Origin: Patescibacteria group bacterium
Lineage (GTDB): Bacteria > Patescibacteriota > Patescibacteriia > UBA9570 > JAHJKD01
Assembly (NCBI GenBank): GCA_041660885.1
Contig: JBAZVM010000009.1
Coordinates: 1 to 37,048 of the forward strand
DNA: 37,048 nt
Direction of reading: 5' to 3'
Shown: positions 16,726-23,805 of the stretch, piece by piece
How the letters are laid out: each line of letters begins with the position of its first letter
Numbering within the stretch: position 1 is the stretch's first letter
Notes under the pieces: model-generated
Databases searched by the model: none
Told to the model about the DNA's origin: nothing
The model's input: the letters and a program-made list of their open reading frames with translations, nothing else
Program-made: the position numbers and the translations under genes

Positions 16726-16754
16726 TTGACCGCAAATAAATAATCATTTAGTAT
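16726..16754 (+). promoter_or_regulatory. possible promoter for the DUF3800 gene
   Basis: TTGACC (16726-16731), 17 nt, then TAGTAT (16749-16754). Confidence 0.3.
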
Positions 16755-16764
16755 AAAAATATCG

Positions 16765-16790
16765 AAAAGGCGAGACACGCCTTTTTTTGT
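16765..16790 (+). terminator. intrinsic terminator or leader attenuator hairpin
   Basis: AAAAGGCG-AGACA-CGCCTTTTTTT forms a short GC stem extended by A-U pairs, followed by a run of 7 T. It ends 12 nt before ATG 16802. Confidence 0.5.
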
Positions 16791-16801
16791 TTTTATTTTT
16801 T

Positions 16802-17431
16802 ATGCTAATTTTTGTTGATGAATCCGGAGATACCGGCCGAAAACTAAATAAGGGTTCTAGCAGATACTTTATTATTGCTATTGTAATTTTTTCAGAATCG
16901 GAAGAAGCTTTAAATTGCGACAAGCGTATTAATCAGCTAAGACGAGAAATCGGAAAGCCGGATAATTTTGAATTTCATTTTACTCATAATTCGGAGACAG
17001 TCAGACAAAAATTTTTGCAAGCAATTCAGCCTTATCACTTTAATTATTTCAGCGTGGTCATTGATAAACATCCGAATAAATTATGGGGACCGGGTTTTAA
17101 AGACAAAGAGTCCTTTTATAAATATGCTTGCAATATGGTTTTTACCAATGCTTTATTTTATTTAGACGATGCTACCGCGGTTTTAGATAAGTCTGGTTCT
17201 CCTGATTTTCGAAATAGGTTGGCGAAATATTTACGTAAGCGTATAAATGAGCAAGGCACGGGAAAGATAAAGAAGCTGAAACAGCAGAGATCATCCGCGA
17301 ATAATTTATTACAGCTGGCGGATTATGTATCAGGAATTATCAATAGAAAAGTGCAAAATAAAAGAGGCTGGATGCAATATTACAAATATATATCGGATAA
17401 AGAGAATTGGGTGCAAATTTGGCCCAAATAA
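16802..17431 (+). CDS. DUF3800 family protein
   Basis: MLIFVDESGDTG at the N-terminus (the D-E-S-G motif) and NLLQLADYVSG near the C-terminus are the two signature blocks of DUF3800. The track start at 16787 lies inside the preceding T-run, so ATG 16802 is preferred. Confidence 0.8.
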   Translation: MLIFVDESGDTGRKLNKGSSRYFIIAIVIFSESEEALNCDKRINQLRREIGKPDNFEFHFTHNSETVRQKFLQAIQPYHFNYFSVVIDKHPNKLWGPGFKDKESFYKYACNMVFTNALFYLDDATAVLDKSGSPDFRNRLAKYLRKRINEQGTGKIKKLKQQRSSANNLLQLADYVSGIINRKVQNKRGWMQYYKYISDKENWVQIWPK

Positions 17432-17501
17432 AAAAATACCGCTTCTTACCCCCGAAGGGGACGCCCCGATGAACGGGACTATTTGAAGCGGTACCAATTC
17501 C
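17430..17501 (-). ncRNA. candidate ~70-nt three-way-junction small RNA (unknown class)
   Basis: The minus strand reads ...GGAAUUGG-UACCGCUUC-AAAUAGU-CCCG(UUCAU)CGGG-GCGU-CCCC(UUCG)GGGG-UAA-GAAGCGGUA-UUUUUUU. It has a 9-bp closing stem, two hairpins (one with a cUUCGg tetraloop) and a U7 tail. A promoter sits immediately upstream. Confidence 0.45.
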
Positions 17502-17507
17502 TTTCCA

Positions 17508-17535
17508 AATATAGCATAACTCTAAATACAGTCAA
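17508..17535 (-). promoter_or_regulatory. sigma70-like promoter for the minus-strand small RNA
   Basis: The minus strand reads TTGACT (17535..17530), 16 nt, then TATATT (17513..17508). Confidence 0.4.
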
Positions 17536-17564
17536 TTTTGTTTTCCACATATAGATCTTAACCC

Positions 17565-17592
17565 TTGACAAATAAAAAAACCCTGTTAAAAT
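17565..17592 (+). promoter_or_regulatory. sigma70 promoter with extended -10 for the plus-strand small RNA
   Basis: TTGACA (17565-17570), 16 nt, then TGtTAAAAT (TG at 17584-17585, hexamer at 17587-17592). Confidence 0.5.
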
Positions 17593-17598
17593 GGCCTA

Positions 17599-17745
17599 AT
17601 TGTGAAGAAAAGTAGCGTTTAGGGTGTTGCTGGTAAGCGCCAACAAGGGGACTACCCCTCCTGGTCCTCTTCAGTAGCGTTAAGGAGTCTGGGGATAACC
17701 TAGATCTCCGCTTATCAGTGACACTTTAGCCGCTACTTTTTTGTT
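17599..17745 (+). ncRNA. candidate ~145-nt structured RNA (unknown class)
   Basis: A perfect 10-bp closing helix pairs AAAAGUAGCG (17608-17617) with CGCUACUUUU (17731-17740), followed by UUGUUU. Internal hairpins are GGGG-ACUA-CCCC (17647-17658) and a 10-bp hairpin with one bulge and a GAUAA loop (17684-17709). AGTAGCGTT occurs twice (17611-17619 and 17673-17681), which allows alternative pairing with the 3' strand. Confidence 0.5.
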
Positions 17746-18284
17746 TAATTGAAACTATTCATTGTTTTGGCCAATCCTTGGGTAATGGCCATTTCCACGG
17801 CCTCATTGGCCGCGATAATGATATCTTTTAGATTTTTTTGCTCATCGACGGAAAAATTAGAAAGCACAAAATCAGCCGTGTCGGTTTTAGGGGTGTGGAT
17901 ATTTTTCACACCCAAACGGATATGCACAAAATCTTTAGTTCCCAGACATTCAATAATAGATTGCACGCCGTTATGGCCGGCGGAAGAGCCGGTGCCTTTT
18001 ACGCGCATAGAGCCGAAATTTAAATCTTTGTCATCATGAATTATGAAAATATTGGCCGGCTTAATCTTATAAAATTTCGCGATCTTAGCCACAGCCCTGC
18101 CCGACTCGTTCATGAAAGTTAAAGGTTTGGCAATAATAATATTATTTTCTTTGGAAATAGCCGATTCAAATTTTTTATTAATCTTAAAATCGCTGGCTAT
18201 TTGGTCTACCACCATAAAGCCGATATTGTGCCTGGTTTTTTCGTATTTTTTTCCGGGGTTACCCAGTCCCACAATAAGCTTCAT
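17745..18284 (-). CDS. pth: peptidyl-tRNA hydrolase
   Basis: MKLIVGLGNPGKKYEKTRHNIGFMVVD, GHNG and the rest of the 179-aa sequence are a typical Pth. Confidence 0.95.
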   Translation of the reverse strand: MKLIVGLGNPGKKYEKTRHNIGFMVVDQIASDFKINKKFESAISKENNIIIAKPLTFMNESGRAVAKIAKFYKIKPANIFIIHDDKDLNFGSMRVKGTGSSAGHNGVQSIIECLGTKDFVHIRLGVKNIHTPKTDTADFVLSNFSVDEQKNLKDIIIAANEAVEMAITQGLAKTMNSFN

Positions 18285-18285
18285 A

Positions 18286-19650
18286 CTATTTGCTTATAAA
18301 TATTTTAATAGGAATGCCTAAAAATTCATAGCGATCGCGTAAGGCTTTTTCAATTAATTTAGCGATTGCTTCGGGAAAATTTTTCGGAGTGGGGGTTTGC
18401 AAATGAAACACCGGCGGATTGGTTCTTTCTTGAGTTAACCTCTTTATAACTAAAGGTTTTTTTTCTTGGCCGAAAGTGACGGTTTGCCTTTGCCGCGGTT
18501 TATATTTTCTAAGAAGTTCTTCTATTATTTTATCCAGATCTTCTTGATCCGCTTGCAAATTGGCTTGCTTTTCTATTTCCAAAGTCAGGTCCAGCATTTT
18601 TTTTACGCGCAGTTTTTCTAAAGCAGAAACGAAAATCATAGGCACGTGGCGCGCAAAGGGGAGCTTGGCATCGAAGTATTTTACAAAATCATTAATAGTA
18701 TTCTCATCCTTTTCTTCTATCAAGTCCCACTTATTGACCACTAGAATTAAATTTTTACGTTCCTGAATGCAAAGATCCACCAAAGCTTGGTCTTGGCTGG
18801 TTATTCTTTCTTGAGATTCCAAAACCAAGGCCACTACGTTAGCCCGGCGGATGGTTTCTATGGTGGCGCGCACTCCTTCTTTTTCTATTTTACCCATCAT
18901 TTTATTCGGCCAATCACCCACGCGGCTTTTTCTCCGCAAACCCGCGGTGTCTACTAAAATAAATTGGCGGTCATTATATACAAATTCAAGATCATTGATA
19001 TCGCGCGTGGTATGCGGTAGGGGAGAAACCAGCACTTTTTCCTGGCCCATAATGGCATTGATCAAAGAAGATTTTCCCACATTGGGCCGGCCTACGATAG
19101 CCAAATGAATGGCATTTGCGTTCTTTTCTTTAATAGTGGCGGATGCGGGTAATTTATCGGTTATTAAATCCAATAATTCACCGGTTCTCGAACCATTGAT
19201 AGAGGAAAATTTCACCGTGTCAGTAAAATTTAATCTGGTAAAATCCGGATCAATGTCTTTCTCGTTTTTTTTATTATCAATTTTATTGATACCCAGTATT
19301 ACCGGTTTTTTTAATTTTTTAAGCCAAGCAGCCAATTCTTTGTCTTGCGGCATGATGGGGCTTCTGCCATCTACTATAAATAGAATCATATCCGCTTCTT
19401 CTATGGCAAGCTTTACCTGTTTTTGGATGCCGGAAGACAGTGCGTCTTTAGGGGCAGTGTCTAAGCCTCCTGTGTCCACCAACATAAAACTTTTCCCGTT
19501 CCAAGCGATTTCCGCGTAATTGCGGTCCCGCGTGGTGTTTTCCATAGGAGAAACAATGGCTTTTCTGGTTTCCGAAAGCCGGTTAAATAAAGTAGACTTG
19601 CCGGCATTAGTGCGGCCGACAATAGCAACAACAGGGCTGGTTTTTTTCAT
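18286..19650 (-). CDS. der: ribosome-associated GTPase Der (EngA)
   Basis: Two tandem G domains carry P-loops GRTNAGKST and GRPNVGKSS, each followed by DTGG/DTAG and NKxD motifs. A KH-like C-terminus follows. Confidence 0.95.
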   Translation of the reverse strand: MKKTSPVVAIVGRTNAGKSTLFNRLSETRKAIVSPMENTTRDRNYAEIAWNGKSFMLVDTGGLDTAPKDALSSGIQKQVKLAIEEADMILFIVDGRSPIMPQDKELAAWLKKLKKPVILGINKIDNKKNEKDIDPDFTRLNFTDTVKFSSINGSRTGELLDLITDKLPASATIKEKNANAIHLAIVGRPNVGKSSLINAIMGQEKVLVSPLPHTTRDINDLEFVYNDRQFILVDTAGLRRKSRVGDWPNKMMGKIEKEGVRATIETIRRANVVALVLESQERITSQDQALVDLCIQERKNLILVVNKWDLIEEKDENTINDFVKYFDAKLPFARHVPMIFVSALEKLRVKKMLDLTLEIEKQANLQADQEDLDKIIEELLRKYKPRQRQTVTFGQEKKPLVIKRLTQERTNPPVFHLQTPTPKNFPEAIAKLIEKALRDRYEFLGIPIKIFISK

Positions 19651-21179
19651 ATAGCCTTATCTTGCCCTAAAATGACGATAAAATCAACGCCTTCAATGTT
19701 TAAATTGGCGTTTGGGTATATAGTAGTGAAATTATCCGTGGCTGTTTCCGCGGATAGTTCTGTTTTTAATGATTCCAAAGTTTTAGGATTTTTTTCGGTT
19801 AAATCGTATATTAGCGTGGTTTCCGCGGGCATGGGAGCGTTTCCGATTTCCGAAACGATTAAATTAAGAGCATCAAGTTCTTTGGAGGTCGTATCCGCCA
19901 AGCCGACTACGCTAGTGCCGTTTAAAATAATTATGGCGGCTTTTTCCTCTTCGGCCGTGGCTTTTTCTTCCACTATCTCTTCTTTTTTTATATTGAAAAC
20001 GTTTTTAGCTATTTTTTTAATTTCCGAGAAATTATAATCTCCGGCTTTAGGCACTAAAACATATGCGCCGGTATCCGGAGCGATCATACCGACGAGCGGG
20101 CCTTCCACGCTATCATCTATGGTGGTGTTCGTGATCTCGCTATTATCAATTTCTTTAATCATCATGGCCAGCTTTGCCATTTCACCGAGTTCCAGATTAG
20201 TCCTTAAATGATCCCCAAGATCATTCATTAAATTGGTAATTTTTACGGGATTAGCCAAGGTGGAAGTGGAGAGCGCTCTTTTTTTAAACGCTTCCATGAT
20301 TTTTTGCTGGCGTTTGCTGCGCGCGAAGTCCGAACCTTCATTATAATCCGCTTTGGGATCGTTATAAGCCACTTTTCGAATGCGGGCAAAACGTAAAGCG
20401 GTTTCCCCGTTCATTTTTTGCATGCCTTTTTGGAATTTAAACACGCAATATGGTCCGTCTCCGTCATCCATATAATATGGCCCGCCATCGGTATCTTGGC
20501 AGGTGCCGCCGCAATCAGTGATGTGGTAATAGCCCGTAAATTTATTAGGAGCGTCCACTTCAATGCCTCCAACGTCATCGATTAATTTTATAAAACCGCC
20601 GAAATCCATGAGCACGTAATAATGCATTTTCAAGCCGGTTACTTCTTCCACTTTAGCCACGGATAAATCGATTCCTCCCAGTTCATAAGCGTAATTTATT
20701 TTTTTTCCTTCCCAATATTTTGATTTCGGGTCGCTATATATTTTTACCACTAAATCGCGTGGCAGGGAAAGAAGCGCCACTTGCTTGGTGGATGGTTTGA
20801 TGCTAGCGACCATTATTGTATCGGTCAGCGTGCCGCCGGCGTGATCTCCGCCGCCAATGCCCAAAAGAAGGACATTAATTCTATCTTTTTCTTCGCCTTT
20901 CAGCGGTTCTTTATTCTCCCGCACCATTAGCTCTAATTGTTTGTATAAGGATGTGGATTTATCCTGATCTATGATTTTATCCACATTTTTGGAAAAAAGC
21001 TGGTAGCAAGCGCCTATTCCCAAGACTATAATTAGAATAACGGAAAGAAGTATCCATTTTTTAAATGGTTTTTTAGTTTTCTTTTCTTCACTATTAATCC
21101 CTGTTTCTTCAGTCTTTATTTCTATCTCCCCGGTGTTTTCTTCTTTAAGCACTTCCAGCTCGATTTTCGTTTTTTTCAT
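19647..21179 (-). CDS. LytR-CpsA-Psr (LCP) family protein with a C-terminal LytR_C-like domain
   Basis: It has an N-terminal TM anchor. The LCP core reads RINVLLLGIGGGDHAGGTLTDTIMVASI...ALLSLPRDL. The C-terminal segment is AAIIILNGTSVVGLA. It overlaps the der start by 4 nt. Confidence 0.85.
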   Translation of the reverse strand: MKKTKIELEVLKEENTGEIEIKTEETGINSEEKKTKKPFKKWILLSVILIIVLGIGACYQLFSKNVDKIIDQDKSTSLYKQLELMVRENKEPLKGEEKDRINVLLLGIGGGDHAGGTLTDTIMVASIKPSTKQVALLSLPRDLVVKIYSDPKSKYWEGKKINYAYELGGIDLSVAKVEEVTGLKMHYYVLMDFGGFIKLIDDVGGIEVDAPNKFTGYYHITDCGGTCQDTDGGPYYMDDGDGPYCVFKFQKGMQKMNGETALRFARIRKVAYNDPKADYNEGSDFARSKRQQKIMEAFKKRALSTSTLANPVKITNLMNDLGDHLRTNLELGEMAKLAMMIKEIDNSEITNTTIDDSVEGPLVGMIAPDTGAYVLVPKAGDYNFSEIKKIAKNVFNIKKEEIVEEKATAEEEKAAIIILNGTSVVGLADTTSKELDALNLIVSEIGNAPMPAETTLIYDLTEKNPKTLESLKTELSAETATDNFTTIYPNANLNIEGVDFIVILGQDKAI

Positions 21180-21294
21180 GTGGTTTATTATAAGTGATTA
21201 ACCTTGTTCGGTCAATTGAACTTTTGTTTTCATTTGCTATTTTTCGATAATATTATTATAATATAGAAAAGTTTAAACTTTAATTTATTTGTTT

Positions 21295-22647
21295 ATGCCA
21301 AGAAAAAAAGGAATGACCCCGGTGAAAGCCCCTGCTAAAAGCCGTTTGAACCCGCCTCAGCTTTTAAAAGGCATGAAGGATATACTTCCGGAAGAACAGA
21401 AGTATTGGAATTACTTAGTGGAAAAAGTAAAGAACATTGCCGAAGCTTACGGCTTTGAGCGTATTGATACTCCGATCTTGGAGCCGACTTCTTTATTCAT
21501 CCGTTCCATTGGTAAAAATACGGATATCGTGGAAAAAGAAATGTTTTCTTTCGTGGACCAAGGAGGAGACCATGTTTGCGCCAGACCGGAAATTACCGCT
21601 TCTATTGTGCGCGCTTATAACGAACACGGCATGATTAACCGTCCACAACCCGTGAAATTATATTCTATTGGCCCGGTTTTCCGCCACGATAAACCCCAAG
21701 CCGGCCGCTACCGCCAATTCAATCAATACAGCTTTGAAGTTATCGGCGAAGCTTCTTCCGTGATCGACGCGGAATTGATTTCTCTGCAATACCATCTTTT
21801 TAAAGATTTAGGATTGGATTCTTCCATACACATTAATAGCGTCGGCTGTAAAGAATGCCGGCCGAATTATGCCCACTTATTGCAAGAATATTACCGTTCC
21901 AGGCGCAAAAATCTTTGCGATAATTGTAAACGCCGTTACAGCAAGAATCCCATGCGTTTATTGGATTGCAAAGAAAAAGTCTGCAATGAAATGGTGGAAG
22001 ACGCTCCGCAAATGGTAGATAATTTATGCGAAGATTGCCGCGCGCATTTTGTAAAAGTATTGGAGCACCTTGATGCCGCGGAAATTCCCTATACTTTAGA
22101 CGCGCGCATTGTGCGCGGTTTGGACTATTATTCCCGCACCGCTTTTGAATTTTTCCCCATAGCCAAAGAAGCGGAAAAAACAGAAAGGCAATCGGCTATA
22201 TCCGCGGGTGGAAGATACGACGGCTTGGTGCAATTATTGGGCGGACGTGAAGGTGTGCCCGCATGCGGTTTTGCCGGCGGCATAGAAAGAATAATTCTTT
22301 CCATAAAGGATAGCGCCATAAGTATTCCGGAACCAATCAACCCTGATGTATTTTTAGCCCAAATAGGGGATAGCGCGCGCAAGAAATCCTTGAAATTATT
22401 GGAAGATTTGCGCAGCGCGGGTTTACGCGTAAGAGCCAACTTATCTAAAAGTTCGCTTTCCAACCAGTTAGCCACTGCTGCTAAACTTAATGTTAAATTT
22501 ACATTGATTTTAGGGCAAAAAGAAGTCATCGACAGCACTATATTAATTCGCGATATGTCTTCCGGTTCACAGGAAATCATAGATGTGAAAAAAATCGTAA
22601 GCGAGATCAATAAAAGACTGCTTAAGCTCAAGCAAGAAAATGGATAA
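21295..22647 (+). CDS. hisS: histidine--tRNA ligase
   Basis: Class II aaRS motifs are present, including RPEITASIVR, GPVFRHDKPQAGRYRQFNQ and GGRYDGL. A C-terminal anticodon-binding domain follows. The track start is TTG 21289, and ATG 21295 is preferred. Confidence 0.95.
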   Translation: MPRKKGMTPVKAPAKSRLNPPQLLKGMKDILPEEQKYWNYLVEKVKNIAEAYGFERIDTPILEPTSLFIRSIGKNTDIVEKEMFSFVDQGGDHVCARPEITASIVRAYNEHGMINRPQPVKLYSIGPVFRHDKPQAGRYRQFNQYSFEVIGEASSVIDAELISLQYHLFKDLGLDSSIHINSVGCKECRPNYAHLLQEYYRSRRKNLCDNCKRRYSKNPMRLLDCKEKVCNEMVEDAPQMVDNLCEDCRAHFVKVLEHLDAAEIPYTLDARIVRGLDYYSRTAFEFFPIAKEAEKTERQSAISAGGRYDGLVQLLGGREGVPACGFAGGIERIILSIKDSAISIPEPINPDVFLAQIGDSARKKSLKLLEDLRSAGLRVRANLSKSSLSNQLATAAKLNVKFTLILGQKEVIDSTILIRDMSSGSQEIIDVKKIVSEINKRLLKLKQENG

Positions 22648-22981
22648 TTGTCTTTTTTGCAGAATAATCAAGAAAGAAATTCCCGCCGATATTATTTTTG
22701 AAAACGATAATTTAATTATTTTTAAAGATATTCATCCCAAGGCTCCGGTGCATTTATTAATTGTGCCGAAAAAGCATATTGCTTCGGTAAACGATATCGT
22801 AGCCGAGGACAAAAATATTATCGGAGAAATTTTTTTACAAGCGAAAGAAATTGCCAAAAAATTAAAGCTAGATGAAAGCGGCTATCGCTTGATAGTGAAC
22901 ACGGGAAAGAACGGCGGACAAGTGATTTTTCACATTCATTGCCACTTGGTGGGAGGAAAGCTACTTTCCTTGGATTTATAG
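22640..22981 (+). CDS. HIT (histidine triad) family nucleotide hydrolase
   Basis: CLFCRI at the N-terminus and the HxHxHxx triad HIHCHLVGG. It overlaps the hisS stop by 8 nt. Confidence 0.9.
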   Translation: MDNCLFCRIIKKEIPADIIFENDNLIIFKDIHPKAPVHLLIVPKKHIASVNDIVAEDKNIIGEIFLQAKEIAKKLKLDESGYRLIVNTGKNGGQVIFHIHCHLVGGKLLSLDL

Positions 22982-22993
22982 GAAAATCTTTGT

Positions 22994-23022
22994 TTGACAG
23001 ACATTTTGATAAATGGTATATT
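22994..23022 (+). promoter_or_regulatory. sigma70 promoter with extended -10 upstream of rpsU
   Basis: TTGACA (22994-22999), 17 nt, then TGgTATATT (hexamer at 23017-23022). Confidence 0.5.
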
Positions 23023-23085
23023 TAGGTAAATTTATTTGCAATATTATTAATTATTATTCACATCTAAAGGAGGTGAATTTAAGCA

Positions 23086-23349
23086 GTGGTAGAAGTAGCA
23101 AAAAAAACAGGAGAATCAAACGAAAGCGTTGTTAGAAGATTTGTCCGCAAGATTCAAGCTAGCGGAAAATTGTTGCAAGCAAAAAAGAATCAATATCGTC
23201 AACCAAAACAGAACAAACGACGCGTAAGAGAATCCGCCATTCGCCGGGCGAAAGCCAGCGCGGAACGCGAATACTTGCGTAAAATCGGTAAATTGGAAGA
23301 ATCGGTATTTTCCGCTAGAGGCTCAAAAATTAAAGTGAAAAAGAAATAA
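23086..23349 (+). CDS. rpsU: 30S ribosomal protein S21 (with C-terminal extension)
   Basis: A GTG start follows the AAGGAGGTG Shine-Dalgarno sequence. The basic S21-like sequence reads ESNESVVRRFVRKIQASGKLLQAKKNQYRQPKQNKRR. Confidence 0.88.
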   Translation: MVEVAKKTGESNESVVRRFVRKIQASGKLLQAKKNQYRQPKQNKRRVRESAIRRAKASAEREYLRKIGKLEESVFSARGSKIKVKKK

Positions 23350-23367
23350 ACATTAATTTTTCGGAGG

Positions 23368-23805
23368 ATGAGTCTTTACAATCAAATCAATGACGATTTA
23401 AAAAAGGCGATGAAAGCGCAAGACGCTTTTTTATTGGGCACTTTGCGCATGGTTTATTCTTCCATGAAGTATAAAGCCATTGATAAAAAAGCCGACCTGA
23501 CTGACGACGACTGCCAGAAAATATTGGCTTCCGAAGCTAAAAAGAGAAAAGACTCTATCGCCGCTTTTGAAAAAGGCAACCGGCCGGAATTGGCGGAAAA
23601 AGAAAAAAAAGAATTGGAAATAATTAAAAAATATTTGCCAAAACAGCTTTCCGAAGAAGAATTAAGAGCCATTATCGTTAAAGTGGTGGCTGCCAACGCG
23701 GGTTTGGGCTTTGGCCCGATGATGGGCAAAGTAATGGCTCAGGCCAAAGGCAAAGCTGATGGCGCTTTGGTACAAAAAATATTAAAAGAAGAAACGGATA
23801 AATGA
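23368..23805 (+). CDS. yqeY: GatB/YqeY domain protein
   Basis: Family-typical segments are INDDLKKAMKA.D...L.TLRM, EAKKRKDSIAAFEKGNRPELAEKEKKELEIIKKYLPKQLSEEEL and MGKVMAQAKGKADG. Confidence 0.85.
   Translation: MSLYNQINDDLKKAMKAQDAFLLGTLRMVYSSMKYKAIDKKADLTDDDCQKILASEAKKRKDSIAAFEKGNRPELAEKEKKELEIIKKYLPKQLSEEELRAIIVKVVAANAGLGFGPMMGKVMAQAKGKADGALVQKILKEETDK

Noticed and set aside
16787-16801. Track start (TTG) at 16787 for the DUF3800 gene
   Set aside because: It lies inside the T-run of the preceding hairpin. DUF3800 proteins start essentially at the FVDESG block, which ATG 16802 provides.
17437-17493. Three-way junction as a hammerhead ribozyme, pistol ribozyme or purine riboswitch
   Set aside because: The hammerhead core (CUGAnGA / GAAA) is absent. 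The junction strands are too short for a purine aptamer, and nothing lies downstream to regulate. The shared AAAUAGU with pistol is only a 7-mer and the topology differs.
17599-17745. Possible RNase P RNA or SRP RNA, based on local resemblances GGUAAGCGCC, CCUAGAU and CCGCUUAUCAG to RNase P J11/12 and the P4 3' strand
   Set aside because: No GAGGAAAGUCC P4 5' strand and no ACAGAA are present. The element is far too short (~145 nt) and the upstream 100 nt are unstructured AT-rich promoter DNA. The SRP domain IV motifs (GNAR loop flanked by AGCA/GGAA-type loops) are also absent.
21180-21294. T-box or other leader upstream of hisS
   Set aside because: The intergenic region is short and AT-rich with only a promoter-like TTGCTA-17-TATAAT. 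I saw no specifier/antiterminator-type helices or T-box sequence.
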